Shown here: one piece after another, positions 11,156-21,880 of the stretch
Layout: every line of letters starts with the position of its first letter
How positions within the stretch are numbered: the stretch's first letter is position 1
Assembly (NCBI GenBank): GCA_963755915.1
Contig: CAVWLP010000002.1
Span: 4,000,001 to 4,064,000 of the forward strand
Direction: 5' to 3'
Source: an uncultured Phycisphaerales bacterium
Lineage (GTDB): Bacteria > Planctomycetota > Phycisphaerae > Tepidisphaerales > Tepidisphaeraceae
DNA: 64,000 nt
Program-made: the position numbers and the translations under genes
The notes under the pieces: model-generated
Told to the model about the DNA's origin: nothing
The model's database searches: none
The model's input: only the letters and a program-made list of their open reading frames with translations

Positions 11156-12022
11156 CCGAATGAAGCGCCGTTTCCATGCACTCGCCGGCGATCCGAGCAT
11201 AGATAATTGCTTCGGCGTAGCGGTCGGATTCTTCGACGAGATCTCCGTCGGCAGCAGGAAATTGGCGGGCGTAATAGTGGGTGCTGGGGAGTAATTCCGG
11301 GGCGAAAATCAGGACGTCGCCGGGGGAAGCGTTTTTGAGGAATCCCTGAATTGATCGAGTCCAGAGTGTGCGGAAATGCTGGACGTAATCGACGGCTCCG
11401 CAGGCGCCGACGGCGACCTGTATCGAGCCTGGGTTTGCGATCCGGCCATGGATGAAACCGATGCGATCGAAAATGGGTTGCATAAATGCGAGCTTGCTTT
11501 CCCAATCGCCGTAGACCAATTCCTGTCCGCAATAGTAATGGCTGAAATCGCCGTTGAAGCGAATATCGAGAAATCGGCGGGTTATTTGGACAGTGCGCCA
11601 GAGGTCTTGGGTGATGGTGGCCCGGTGGGTTTCGATGAAGATGGGAAGCCGATGGCGATCAGAGCGCGCAAGACGGCGTCGATAAGGCGATCGACTTCGT
11701 CATCGTTCTCGAGGCCCCAGCCGACGTGGAGCGTGAGGCATTTATCGCCGCGGTCGGCGTGCTTGGCGGCGATGATATCGGCCTGGGCGGGTGTGCTGAC
11801 GCGATCTAAGCCGCAATACGGCAACGACAGCCCGCCGGCGGGAAGGGCGTCGCTGATCAGTTGCACGCCTTCAAATCCGTCGGCGGTGAGGCGCTGGTCC
11901 CGCTGGGGCCCCTCCAGACCGGGCCAGGTCGAATCCTCGCACAGGTCGACGAGGGTGCCGAGATTCAGATAGATGCGCAGCTTGGGCGGGTCATTTGAGC
12001 CGTCGTTCATGAGGCGAGACAT
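11139..12022 (-). CDS. Xylose-isomerase-like TIM-barrel protein (frameshifted)
   Basis: Fragments 11582-12094 and 11139-11519 join via [20 protein letters not shown] and FAPELL. Confidence 0.65.
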
Positions 12023-12030
12023 CGATTCTC

Positions 12031-12850
12031 CTAATCGCGAAGCCCGACCTGGCGCATCAAGCGATCGGTGGATTGATACGCCTCCTCGACCCATTCCACG
12101 ATCTTCTTTGGATCGGGCGAATATTCCAGTTCGATGGAGACCGAACCTTTAATTCCCAGTTCTTTGATTGCCTGGAGGTAGGGGGCGAATTTCACGACCC
12201 CTCGTCCGGGCGGAAGATCGCCGTGGACCTTGCCGTTGCAGTCGCTGATGTGAACGTGAATCGCCTTGCCTTTGAGTTTAACCAGTTCTTCCGGGCCGGC
12301 GTCGGCGAGCACGAGATGGCTTACGTCGATGTTGGCGCAGGCGCGGATGGTTGCACTCATTGACGAACCGCTCCATCTCGCCCACGCTGTTGAGAAGGCT
12401 GAGGCGGAAGGGTTCGAGTTCCAGGGCGATATCGATTCCTTTCCCGTCGGCGTAATCGCCGATGCGGCGGCAAGTCTCGATCGCCCAGCCCCATTGCGCT
12501 TCCGGGGGGATTACTTCGCGCTGCCAGATGTATTCTCCCAATACGAGCAGCACATTCCGGGCTTGCAGATCGGCGGCGAGATCGACGTGGCGCTTGACGC
12601 GATCGACGTGATACGCGCGCACCGGATCGTTGAAATCCACCAGTCCCGTGGAGACGACGACGCAGGAAACGATGGGGAGACCGGCTTTGCCGCACGTGTC
12701 GGCGATCAGCCGTTTTTCTTCCGGCGAAATCGTGGTCGCTTCGGCGAAAATATCGACGGTGTCGAACCCGATGCGGGCAATGTGCCGCAGCCCCGTCGCG
12801 GTGTCGACGCCGGCCTGGCCGAATGCGCTATTGATGATTCCAAGTTTCAC
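12031..12850 (-). CDS. Sugar phosphate isomerase/epimerase (AP endonuclease 2 TIM barrel; frameshift near 12335)
   Basis: GTG start after AGGAGG; IALELEPF, ANIDVSH, HVHISD, HGDLPPGRG, SIELE. Confidence 0.8.
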
Positions 12851-12873
12851 GGAATGCCTCCTGAAGAAAGGGG

Positions 12874-13956
12874 TTAAACGTCGAACTCGCTGAGCACGAC
12901 GAGGCGTCCCTCGGCGGCGCTGCGGTAGGCGGCTTCGACCAGGGCCATGGTTTGCAAGTTGTCGCGTCCGCTGACGGCCGGCTCGTCTTTGGTCTCCAGC
13001 GCGATGAGCAATTGGGCCATGGTGCCGGCGAAGGCGTCGGGAAACCAACTTCCGTGCAGGTTGGCCGTGGTGAAGGCGGTGTCGCCTCGCTTGGCGTAAC
13101 GAAGCGTGCTCGGCGAGGTGTAGGGGTCTTTGCACCAGCCGATGTCACCCATGGCCAGGCCGTCGGTTCCTTCGACGCGGTATCGAATGCCGATGTCGGC
13201 GGGACATCCTTCGCGTGCGGGACCGGTCCAGATGTCGTCGATGCCGATGCAGCGCATGCCGTCTTGATACTCGAGCGTGTAGACGCAGAGGCCGTCGCTA
13301 TGCGGGAATTTTGTTCGCGGATCGGGCCGGGTGCTGCAGAAAATCCGCGCGGGGTCGCCGAACCAGTAGCGCAGGCAATCGAGATGGTGTATGGACATGA
13401 TTCGCAGCGTCACCCAGCCCAGCTCCCTTTGCCAGTCCTGAAAGTGGGGAATGGCCCGCATGTCGATGGATGCGAAAACCGGCTTGCCGAGCACACCGGA
13501 CTTGATGAGCCGATTGGTTTCGCGCACGGACGGGTCGTAGCGCATGTTCTGGTTGACGGCCAGGACAATTCCCGCATCGCGGCAAAGATCGACGGCGCGT
13601 TGCGCTTCATCAAAATTCACGCCGAGCGGCTTCTGGGCGAGAATTCCTTTGGCAGTCCGTTTCTGGCAGGCCGTGCGGATCAAGGCAAATTGGGCCTGGG
13701 GCGGCACGGCGATGTCCAGCACTTCGATGGAAGCGTCGTTCAGCAATTGCTCATAGGTGTCGTGGACGGTGGCAATCTGGTGGCGCTGGGCGGCGCGAGT
13801 GGCGTTGGCCCGCGTGCGCGAGGCGATGACCACGGGATTCAGCCCCGCCTTCCGATAGGAACTGAGGTGACACTCGTTGACGATAAACCCGCTGCCGAGA
13901 ACGCCGATTCGGAAATCGCGTCGGTTCGGCATCGGCCAGTGAGTTGCGTCTTGCAT
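12874..13956 (-). CDS. Gfo/Idh/MocA family oxidoreductase
   Basis: IGVLGSGFI, AQKPL, NQNMRY, SIHHLD, ALVEAAYRS. Confidence 0.9.
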   Translation of the reverse strand: MQDATHWPMPNRRDFRIGVLGSGFIVNECHLSSYRKAGLNPVVIASRTRANATRAAQRHQIATVHDTYEQLLNDASIEVLDIAVPPQAQFALIRTACQKRTAKGILAQKPLGVNFDEAQRAVDLCRDAGIVLAVNQNMRYDPSVRETNRLIKSGVLGKPVFASIDMRAIPHFQDWQRELGWVTLRIMSIHHLDCLRYWFGDPARIFCSTRPDPRTKFPHSDGLCVYTLEYQDGMRCIGIDDIWTGPAREGCPADIGIRYRVEGTDGLAMGDIGWCKDPYTSPSTLRYAKRGDTAFTTANLHGSWFPDAFAGTMAQLLIALETKDEPAVSGRDNLQTMALVEAAYRSAAEGRLVVLSEFDV

Positions 13957-13964
13957 TGGGTCGC

Positions 13965-16267
13965 TCAGAATTCGTCAAACGCGATGCGACTGTCGGGCAC
14001 GCCCAGTCCTGCGAGCATCCGCATGCAGGCCTTGACCATCATGGGAGGGCCGCACAAGTAATATTCGATCCGGGTTGGATCAGCGTGTTGCTTCAGATAT
14101 TCGGTCTCCACAACCTCGTGAATGAAGCCGGCGTGGCCTGTCCAACGATCTTCGGGCAGCGGCGACGACAGGGCGAGATGGAATGTGAAGTTCGAGTGTG
14201 CCGCGGCGAGGGCCGCAAAGTAGTCATCGTAAAAGATTTCCTGGCGAGAGCGGGCTCCATACCAGAAGCCGATCCGACGCGCGGTGCCCTCGGTTTCGAG
14301 GTGATGGGAAAGATGTGCCCGCAGGGCGCCATGCCGGAGCCGCCGCCGATATAGATCATTTCGCGCTGCGTGGGCTTCACGTGGAAGTCGCCGAACGGAC
14401 CGATGGCAGTCACGATATCGCCGGGCTGAAGGCTGAACATATAGGCGGAACCGATGCCGGGCGGACAGTCCTGCCCAGGCGGAGGCGTGGCGATGCGGAC
14501 GTTGAATCGGAGGAGATTCGGCTCTGTCCTTGCGTTGCTGGCCAGCGAGTAGTTGTTGCGGCGCGGCGCACCGCCGGGATTGCGGGCGACGAGATCAAAT
14601 ACGTGCTGGCGTTCCCATACGTCCGCGTAGGGCTGCGGAATATCGAAACTTCGGAAAGGGATTTGTTCATACCCTGGAATATCGAACTGAAGATAATCGC
14701 CGGGCTGAAAATCGAGGGCATCGCAACCTGGAGCGGGCTCGAGGACCAGCTCGCGGATGAAAGTGGAGACGCTGCGGGTGCTGACGACCCGGAGGTTAAG
14801 AGTTTGTGACTGCCGGGCGGCGGCCGCGCCACCAGCACGAATAAGATTGATCCACACACGGCCGCCGCGTTCTTCGACCGGATAAGTGGCCAGTCCGCGG
14901 CAAACAGGCGGGCGGGCAGGCGAGCCGTCGGCAAGATTGAATCGCCCGTTATGCTTGGCGCATTCGATCTGAGTGCCTTTGACCAGCCCGGCGGACAGAT
15001 GCGTATTGCCGTGCGTGCACATGCCGTCCGTCGCATAGAGCTTGCCCTCGGCGTCGCGATAGAGGGCGTAGGTCTTTCGGGCATGGTCGAAGCGGATGAC
15101 ATCGGCGCGGTTCAGTTGGAGGGCGGGACAGACTTCCAACCATCCATCAGCGTCGGCCTGCTGCTCGGACGCCAAGCCGGGTTCGGCCGACCTTGACTTG
15201 GGTTCAGCCAGCTTGCGCTTGACGTAATAGGCGGGATCCCTGGTCTGCCGAAGCACCGCGGAAATGATTTCCCGCCAGGCCTGCAGGAGACCGTTGTATG
15301 GAGTCGGCATGTCGTCCTTTACGGCCTCGTGCAGTGCGGGCAGCGCATGGTAGGGGACCAGCGGGAACATGTGGTGCTCAACATGGTAGTTCATGTTCCA
15401 GTACAGATACCGGTGAATCGGGTTCATGTAGACGGTTCGACAGTTCAGCCGATGGTCGAGCACGTTTTCGGCCAGCCCGGCGTGCTGGGTAAGACCGTAG
15501 GTCATCAGGAGCCAAGTGCCGAACAGGGTGGGCAGGCCGATGAACATCAAGGGCAAAATGCTGCGCGTAACAACTGCAAGCACGATTACCGAAATGTAAA
15601 TTGCCAGATAAAGGCGTGCCCGCCAGAAAACCTTGTGGAACTCGCTGGCGGGGATGAAAGTTTTTTCAGCCGGGGACATCCTGCCGAACGTGTGCCGAAA
15701 GATGGCCGTGAAGTAGGGCGGGTAAAGCTTGACGCCGAGAAAGGTGAGAATAATTCCGCGCAAATTCGGCGGGCGTGGGACCGCGATCTCCGGGTCGCGC
15801 CCGACGATGATCGTATCGCTGTGGTGACGGGTATGACTCCAGCGCCAGACCGTCGATTCGCGAAGCACCATGAACGACGCGATCTCGTAGAGCGTGTTGT
15901 TCATCCAATCGGTCTTGAAAGCGGTGCCGTGACCGGATTCGTGCCATCGCGAATCGCTGGTCGATGCGTAGAGCACCGCGTACACCAGGTAGGGGAGCGC
16001 CGCCCAGGGTCTTGGCCAAAGCCGATACGTTAGCCAGCCGAAGCCGAAGATCAGCGCGAACCAGATGATCGTGTCGCGGATGGCGGGCCCGTCGCGGCGC
16101 TGGAGCAGCTTGCGCATGGTCGCGCGCGGTACGGGAGTTTGATACCAGTCTGCCTCTGCGAGTCCGCGCTCGATGGCGTGGGCCGTGGTCTCGCCGGTGA
16201 GGCTGTAGTCGAGTTTTTCCGGCGGACGAGTCAGTACGGCGACGCCGTGTTCCTGGTCAAGATCCAT
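13965..16267 (-). CDS. Fusion of MocD-like membrane di-iron desaturase/oxygenase, MocE-like Rieske ferredoxin and NqrF-like FAD/NAD reductase (frameshift near 14325)
   Basis: His boxes WHESGH, SHTRHH, YHVEHH; Rieske CTH..CAKH; reductase YSLAS, NVRIATPP, GPFGDF, IGGGSGMAP and, after the shift, YYLCGPPMM..IAFDEF stop. Confidence 0.85.
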
Positions 16268-16282
16268 TACGCACTCCCGCGC

Positions 16283-17338
16283 TCAGAAAGTGGTAAACGC
16301 GTATTCGGTAACCTGCCTGCGGTTTTGGCCGGGGCGGAGAATAATGTTCCCAAGCTCGGGCACGTTTGCGCCGTCGGGATACCCCTCGCATTCCAGGCAT
16401 AGCCCGGCGAATTGTCCATAAGGCCGGCCCGATTTTCCAATCAACGTGCCGTCCAGGCGCACGCCGGTATAAAACTGGAGGCAATCCTCGGTGGTGCTTA
16501 CGGTCAATCTCCGGCCGCTAAGCGGCTCGGAGAGCCGGGCGCAGGTTCTTAATCTTGAATTGGGTGAAGGCTCGACGAAATAGAGGTCGCCGTGCCGGTC
16601 ATATAAGCTCGGAACGACATCGCCAAGCCGCCTGGGCTGGCGCAGGTCGGCGGGCCGGCCCGCGACCGATGTTTTGTCTCCAAGCAGCGTAAAGGCCGAG
16701 TCCACCGCGGCGGTATGGCTGGAGAATATCTGCAGCTCATGTCCGTCGATTGTGCCGGATCCCTCGCCGGCGAGATTGAAATAAGAATGCTGCGTAAGGC
16801 TGAAAGGGGTGGCGCGGTCGGCCGTGGCTTCGACTTCGACGACCAGGCGATTGCCCGGGGTGACGGTATACGTCACGGACACGGAGAGGTTGCCGGGATA
16901 GCCGGCCTCGCCATCGGGGCTGACGCGGAAAAGACGGAGGGAGGCGGCGCCGTCCGTCCGACGGACCGGGGCTGCGTTCCAGACTTGTTTGTCGAATCCC
17001 CTGCTTCCGCCATGCAAATGATTCGGGGGATCGTTGCGCTCAAGGTTGTAGGTGGTACCGTCGATCTCGAATCGTGCCCGCGAAATCCTGCCGGCGACGC
17101 GCCCCGCCATGGCGCCGAAAAACGGGTGCGGCTCGAGGTAACTGCTCAACCGCTCGAACCCCAGCACGACGTCATCCAACTGGCCATGGCGATCGGGCGC
17201 GAACAGGTGCGTGATGATGCCCCCCAGGGTGATTACTCGCGCACGGAGGCCGCCCGCACTCTGCAAGGTGAAAGAATCAATTTGCTCTCCCGTGGGCAAA
17301 GACCCCAACTCACATTTGTCGAGCAATTCCGCGGGCAT
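16283..17338 (-). CDS. galM: Aldose 1-epimerase (mutarotase)
   Basis: GRVAGRI, NHLHGG, GYPG, LTQHSYFNL, LQFYTG, GLCLECE. Confidence 0.9.
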   Translation of the reverse strand: MPAELLDKCELGSLPTGEQIDSFTLQSAGGLRARVITLGGIITHLFAPDRHGQLDDVVLGFERLSSYLEPHPFFGAMAGRVAGRISRARFEIDGTTYNLERNDPPNHLHGGSRGFDKQVWNAAPVRRTDGAASLRLFRVSPDGEAGYPGNLSVSVTYTVTPGNRLVVEVEATADRATPFSLTQHSYFNLAGEGSGTIDGHELQIFSSHTAAVDSAFTLLGDKTSVAGRPADLRQPRRLGDVVPSLYDRHGDLYFVEPSPNSRLRTCARLSEPLSGRRLTVSTTEDCLQFYTGVRLDGTLIGKSGRPYGQFAGLCLECEGYPDGANVPELGNIILRPGQNRRQVTEYAFTTF

Positions 17339-17429
17339 CTTGTCGTTTTCGCGCCGCCGGCGCGGGCCGCCTGCGCGACCGCCTCGGTCGCCGGGGCGCT
17401 AAGTAATGAATCTCCCAACCAGAAACAAC

Positions 17430-20400
17430 TCACCGGCAATTCGTCGAGTGTTTCCTGCGCTGCCGGCGTGACAACGCGGTGACAGTGCCCAGAGCGAGCA
17501 GTCCGATGGATGCCGGTTCCGGCACCGCGGCGATCGTCGGCGCTGGCAGGCCGTTGGCCGCCGCGAAGGCATCCAGCGCGGCCACGTCTGCGGGCGTAAC
17601 CGTCACGGCAGCGCCGCTATCGCCCTGGCCGAAGTTCGCCGCCAAGGCGCTGAAGTCGGAGCCGTTGACCGAACTGCCATACAGGAAGTTCCCCTGGTCC
17701 CAGTTGGTGACGCCGAGGCCGAAGTTGGCGGCCAGGATCGAGAAGTCGGAGCCGTTGACGGTGCCGTCGAGATTGGCGTCGCCGACCAGCGTGTACTTCA
17801 ATTCGATTTCGCCACTGGTGAGGTTTTTCACGGCCCCGGTTTTGTCGTTTCCGTCGGCCCAGCCGATGCTGTAGGTCAAGCCGTTGGTTTTGGTCTGGGC
17901 GGCGGACGAGATGATTCCAGAGGTCCCGTTCCAGGCGCCGTTGTTGAAGCCGGATTTGAGGTAACCCAGGATGGTGGAGACCGGGTCGGTGGCGCCGTAG
18001 TCGATGATCACGTGGTTATTGGAGATGTCCAGAACGCTGTTGGCGGCAATGGTCAGCGAGGAGACGTTGATATTGCTGACGGGATTGGTGGCGGTCCAGC
18101 CGCTGCTGGCAGTCGTGTTGCTCGCAAGCACGACGTTTCCACCGTTGATGGCCAGGCTGCTGGCGGTCAGACCGACGCCGAGGGTCAGGGTGCTGGTGCC
18201 GGTCTTGGTGAATCCGCCGGTGGCGACGATGAGCCCGCCGCCGGTGATGGAGTAATTGCCCGAGCTGTTCACCAGCACTGAGGCGGGGCTGACGGTGCTG
18301 CTGAGGGTCACAAAGTAGTGACCGGCGTTGGTGTCGTTGAAGGTGACGGCATCGCCGTTTGCATAGGTTGTGGCGGCGGAGCCGCTGTTCCAGTTCTTAT
18401 TGTTGTTGATGTCCCAGGTTTGGCCATCATCCGGCGTGCTGGAACCGAGGTTGTCCCAGTAGACCGAGGCCGGTCCGGTGGCGACAACCACCAAGTCGAT
18501 GAATCCGATCTGGGCGGTGGTGCTGAGGGAGTAAGTATCGCCGGCCTGGGTGGGGAGGACGAAATTGGCGAGGGTGGGCGTTCCAAAGGAACCTTCGAAG
18601 AGCTCGTAGTCGCCGGAGGCAGTGGGATTGGTTCCGAAGGCGAGGTGGGTGCCGGAGGCGACGGAGAGGGTTCCACCGCCAAGGATGTCGATGAGATCGC
18701 CGGTGTAAGAGTTGGAGACGACGGGAGCGCCGAGGTCGAAGTCGAAAGTGGTGTTGCTGGTGGTGGTGATGGCGCCGGCGTTGAGGAGGCCGATGGATCC
18801 AACCCCGCCGGGGGCGATGGCGTTAGCGCCGGAGCCGGCGACGACAGTGCCCGTGACGGTTCCGGCCGCGGTGCTGGCGAGCGTTCCGCCGTTGAGGGCG
18901 ACGTTGCCGGTTCCGGTGGCGGAGCCGACGGAGCCATTGCCGGCGGAGAGGGTGCCAGCGTTGACAGTGGTGCCGCCGGAATAGGTGTTGTTACCAGCGA
19001 GGACCCAGGTTCCCGGTCCGGTTTTGTTGACGCTGAGCTTTCCGGTGGCGGAGTCGGTGAGTTGGGCGGAGAGGGTGTTCAGGCCGGTGTTGGTGCCGGT
19101 GAGGGTGAGGGTGCGGTTTTGATTGGTGAAGGTGAGGTTGTCGCCAATGCTGGTGGTGCTGATGTTGTTGTTGATGTAGAAGCCGTTGCTGGAGACGCCG
19201 ACGATCGTTGAATTTGCGGGGAAGGCGCCTAGGGAATCGTTGACGGTCATGCCGATCGCCAGAAGATTCGAGTTGAAACCCGAGGGCAGCGGGATGAAGT
19301 TGAATGGAGGGCCGTTGTCGGGATCCTCCGCGATCGTATCGTTGGTCATCTGCCCCTGCTCGACCTGAGCGATCGCGCCGGTGTTGGTGAAATCAACAGC
19401 GCCGGTGCCGGAGGCGTCGAGCGTGGCGCCAACGGGAGTCATGGTGAAAAGGCGATCGGTGGTAGATCCGGCGCCGGTGTATTGGAGGACACCCCCGCTG
19501 ATGACGAGGTTGGCGGCGGAGTTTGAGGCGGAGCCGATTCCGCTGCCGGTCATGGCGCCGCCGTTGGCCAGTTGGTTGACGGAGAGGGTCGTGGTTTCAA
19601 AAGCGCCCTGGGGCGCGGTGAAATCGTTGTTGGCGGCGCGGGTTTGATCGGTGAGGACGTAAACACCCTGGATGGTGGTGACGCCGCCGTAATTGTTGGA
19701 GCCCTCAAGCTGGACGGCTCCGCCGTTGGTGACGACCAGTGCGTTGCCGGCGCCCGCGATCGCATTGCCACCGGAATTGGGGATCGTGAGTGTGCCACCG
19801 CCGCCAAGGCGATAGGTGCTGTTGGCGGGGGTAATGGTTCCGGTGTAAGTGACGCCGGCATTGTCGGAGCCGACGCTCATGCTGGCGAGATTGGCAAGGG
19901 TGCCGGCGGTGAAATTGAGAGTCGCGGCGGCGTCGAGAGTTCCCAGAGCGAGGGCGCCGGTGTTGGCGGTGCTGGAGGCGGCTATGAGTCCGAGGAAGGT
20001 GGAGTCGGTGGTGCCCGCGGTTGCAGCCGCATTTGAGTCGAGTGCGACGGCGCCGCCGGCGTTGACGGTGATAGAGGAGGTTCCCGCGCTGCCGCCGGTC
20101 TGTTTGCCATAGGAGCCGGGGGCGGCGAATTCGAGCAAACCACCGTCGACGGTGGTCGCGCCGTTGAAGGTGCTGGTGGTTCCGTCTAGGAGAACGACGC
20201 CGGTGCCGTTTTTGGTTAACGGCGCGCTGACGGAAGTATCATCGCTGTAGCTGTTGAAGATGCCCCCGTTGACGACGGTCATGCCGGAACCGTCAAACAC
20301 CCACGTTCTGCTGGGACTGTTAGTGGTAGGTTGGGCATAGATATTTCCGTTGATGGTGAGGGTCTTGCCAGCGGGAAGGAGATTGACGATCTCGCGGTTG

Positions 20401-21539
20401 GTGGTTTGATACACGTACCCGTTGATGGCGAGGGAGTGCTGCCCCTCGATGGTAAGGAACTGTGTGACATCGATGCCGTTGTTGATTTCGATGGAATCGT
20501 TGGCGGATTCGAGGTTATAGCCGAATTCATTGGCCGAGCCACCGAGGCGGACTTCGCCCTGTGATTGGACGGCGGAGCCCGCGGGCTGGATTCCGAAGGC
20601 CTGGTCGTTACCGACGATGACGGTGGCCATGTTGAGCGTGGTGATTCCGGTGTAGGTGCTGGCGCCGTTGAGCTCGATGGTCGGGGTGATGGCCGGATAG
20701 ACGCTGGTCTTGGTGGGGTTGCTGTAACCAAGAGAGACATCGCTGTCGCCGACGGCGCCGTCGGCGATGGCGCCGTTGATGATGGTGGTGCTGCCGGTTA
20801 CGCCGTCGATCGTGAAGGACTGAGCGGTTGCAGAGGCGGCATTGGTAATGGTGATGGGGCCGTTGATCGTCAACGTATTGCTGCCGGACATGAGGTTGGC
20901 GATGGCGGCCGAGATGCCGCTGGCTTGCGAGATGGGGCCATTGAGAATGACGCTGTTGGTGCTGGAGGGGTCGATGGCGAGGCTGGTGAATATTGCGGTT
21001 TGCACAGGGCCGATAGGAGGAACGCTGTTGACAACGCCGGTGGAGTTGAGGTCGTAGTTGCCATCGGACCCGCTACGGCTGTTCAGAGTTTGAGTCGAAA
21101 AGCTGTTTTGATCGAGTTCGATGGGAGCGCTGACGATGTTGGTGCTGCCTGGCGCGCCAAGACTAAAGATGTCGGCATAGGCGCCGGCGGCTGGAGTACC
21201 GCCGTCGAAGACGATTAATCCCCCGCCGCTGTTGCTGTTGCCCACGTCGGTGGTGACCGGACTGCTGGTGGAACCCAGTTTCATGTCGTTCACGTAGTAC
21301 GTGCCGGTGGGGATATCAATCGAAAGATTGGAAGAGAGCGCGACGTTGAGATTGGCGGAATCTCCAGCTCCGACGGCGCCGCTTGGGGAGCCTGTAGGGC
21401 TCCAATCGGCCGTGTTGGTCCAAGTCTGAACTCCACCGCTGAGATCCGTCCAGGTATAGCTGGTGGCAGCGTGAACGGCAGGACCGACAAAAGAGACAGC
21501 CGCGGCGGCGGCTAATACGACTCGCTTCGACTTCCGCAT
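17430..21539 (-). CDS. Large secreted PEP-CTERM protein with autotransporter-associated beta-strand repeats and dockerin-like domain
   Basis: Signal peptide; LTKNGTGVVLL, VNKTGPGTWVLAGNNTYSGGTTVNAGTL; GDANLDGTVNGSDF; VPEP + TM + RRQRRK. Confidence 0.9.
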   Translation of the reverse strand: MRKSKRVVLAAAAAVSFVGPAVHAATSYTWTDLSGGVQTWTNTADWSPTGSPSGAVGAGDSANLNVALSSNLSIDIPTGTYYVNDMKLGSTSSPVTTDVGNSNSGGGLIVFDGGTPAAGAYADIFSLGAPGSTNIVSAPIELDQNSFSTQTLNSRSGSDGNYDLNSTGVVNSVPPIGPVQTAIFTSLAIDPSSTNSVILNGPISQASGISAAIANLMSGSNTLTINGPITITNAASATAQSFTIDGVTGSTTIINGAIADGAVGDSDVSLGYSNPTKTSVYPAITPTIELNGASTYTGITTLNMATVIVGNDQAFGIQPAGSAVQSQGEVRLGGSANEFGYNLESANDSIEINNGIDVTQFLTIEGQHSLAINGYVYQTTNREIVNLLPAGKTLTINGNIYAQPTTNSPSRTWVFDGSGMTVVNGGIFNSYSDDTSVSAPLTKNGTGVVLLDGTTSTFNGATTVDGGLLEFAAPGSYGKQTGGSAGTSSITVNAGGAVALDSNAAATAGTTDSTFLGLIAASSTANTGALALGTLDAAATLNFTAGTLANLASMSVGSDNAGVTYTGTITPANSTYRLGGGGTLTIPNSGGNAIAGAGNALVVTNGGAVQLEGSNNYGGVTTIQGVYVLTDQTRAANNDFTAPQGAFETTTLSVNQLANGGAMTGSGIGSASNSAANLVISGGVLQYTGAGSTTDRLFTMTPVGATLDASGTGAVDFTNTGAIAQVEQGQMTNDTIAEDPDNGPPFNFIPLPSGFNSNLLAIGMTVNDSLGAFPANSTIVGVSSNGFYINNNISTTSIGDNLTFTNQNRTLTLTGTNTGLNTLSAQLTDSATGKLSVNKTGPGTWVLAGNNTYSGGTTVNAGTLSAGNGSVGSATGTGNVALNGGTLASTAAGTVTGTVVAGSGANAIAPGGVGSIGLLNAGAITTTSNTTFDFDLGAPVVSNSYTGDLIDILGGGTLSVASGTHLAFGTNPTASGDYELFEGSFGTPTLANFVLPTQAGDTYSLSTTAQIGFIDLVVVATGPASVYWDNLGSSTPDDGQTWDINNNKNWNSGSAATTYANGDAVTFNDTNAGHYFVTLSSTVSPASVLVNSSGNYSITGGGLIVATGGFTKTGTSTLTLGVGLTASSLAINGGNVVLASNTTASSGWTATNPVSNINVSSLTIAANSVLDISNNHVIIDYGATDPVSTILGYLKSGFNNGAWNGTSGIISSAAQTKTNGLTYSIGWADGNDKTGAVKNLTSGEIELKYTLVGDANLDGTVNGSDFSILAANFGLGVTNWDQGNFLYGSSVNGSDFSALAANFGQGDSGAAVTVTPADVAALDAFAAANGLPAPTIAAVPEPASIGLLALGTVTALSRRQRRKHSTNCR

Positions 21540-21880
21540 GAGAACACCCTCCGGTGAGAAATATTAAATTGGTACAGACTCGATTTAATGGAAACGACAA
21601 CTTTGAATCTCGATTGGAACGCGCAAACGCGAGATGACTGGCACCCCACGTGGTTTGGCAGCGCCCTGAGATGAGAACAAATTGCCCTCTCCACCATCTC
21701 CCGCCTCTCGGATCGATATGCCACACAACTGGCGAACCTGACTCAGTCTGAGTCAAATTGCACGTCGCGTGCACGCCTGTAAATTACCAGATAAACTGAC
21801 GCAGGCGCAATGCGTTTTTGCGTCATACTTTTGCAATTATGCGCAGGGTGGGGAATTGGGTCGTGCTAAACTGTTGATCC

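Noticed and set aside
13965-14810. Na+-translocating NADH:quinone reductase (nqrF) locus
   Set aside because: Only the flavin/NAD module is present, fused to a Rieske domain; no nqrA-E nearby.
6597-17400. Genomic island integrated at tRNA-His
   Set aside because: No integrase or transposase, and I found no duplicate of the tRNA 3' end in the window.
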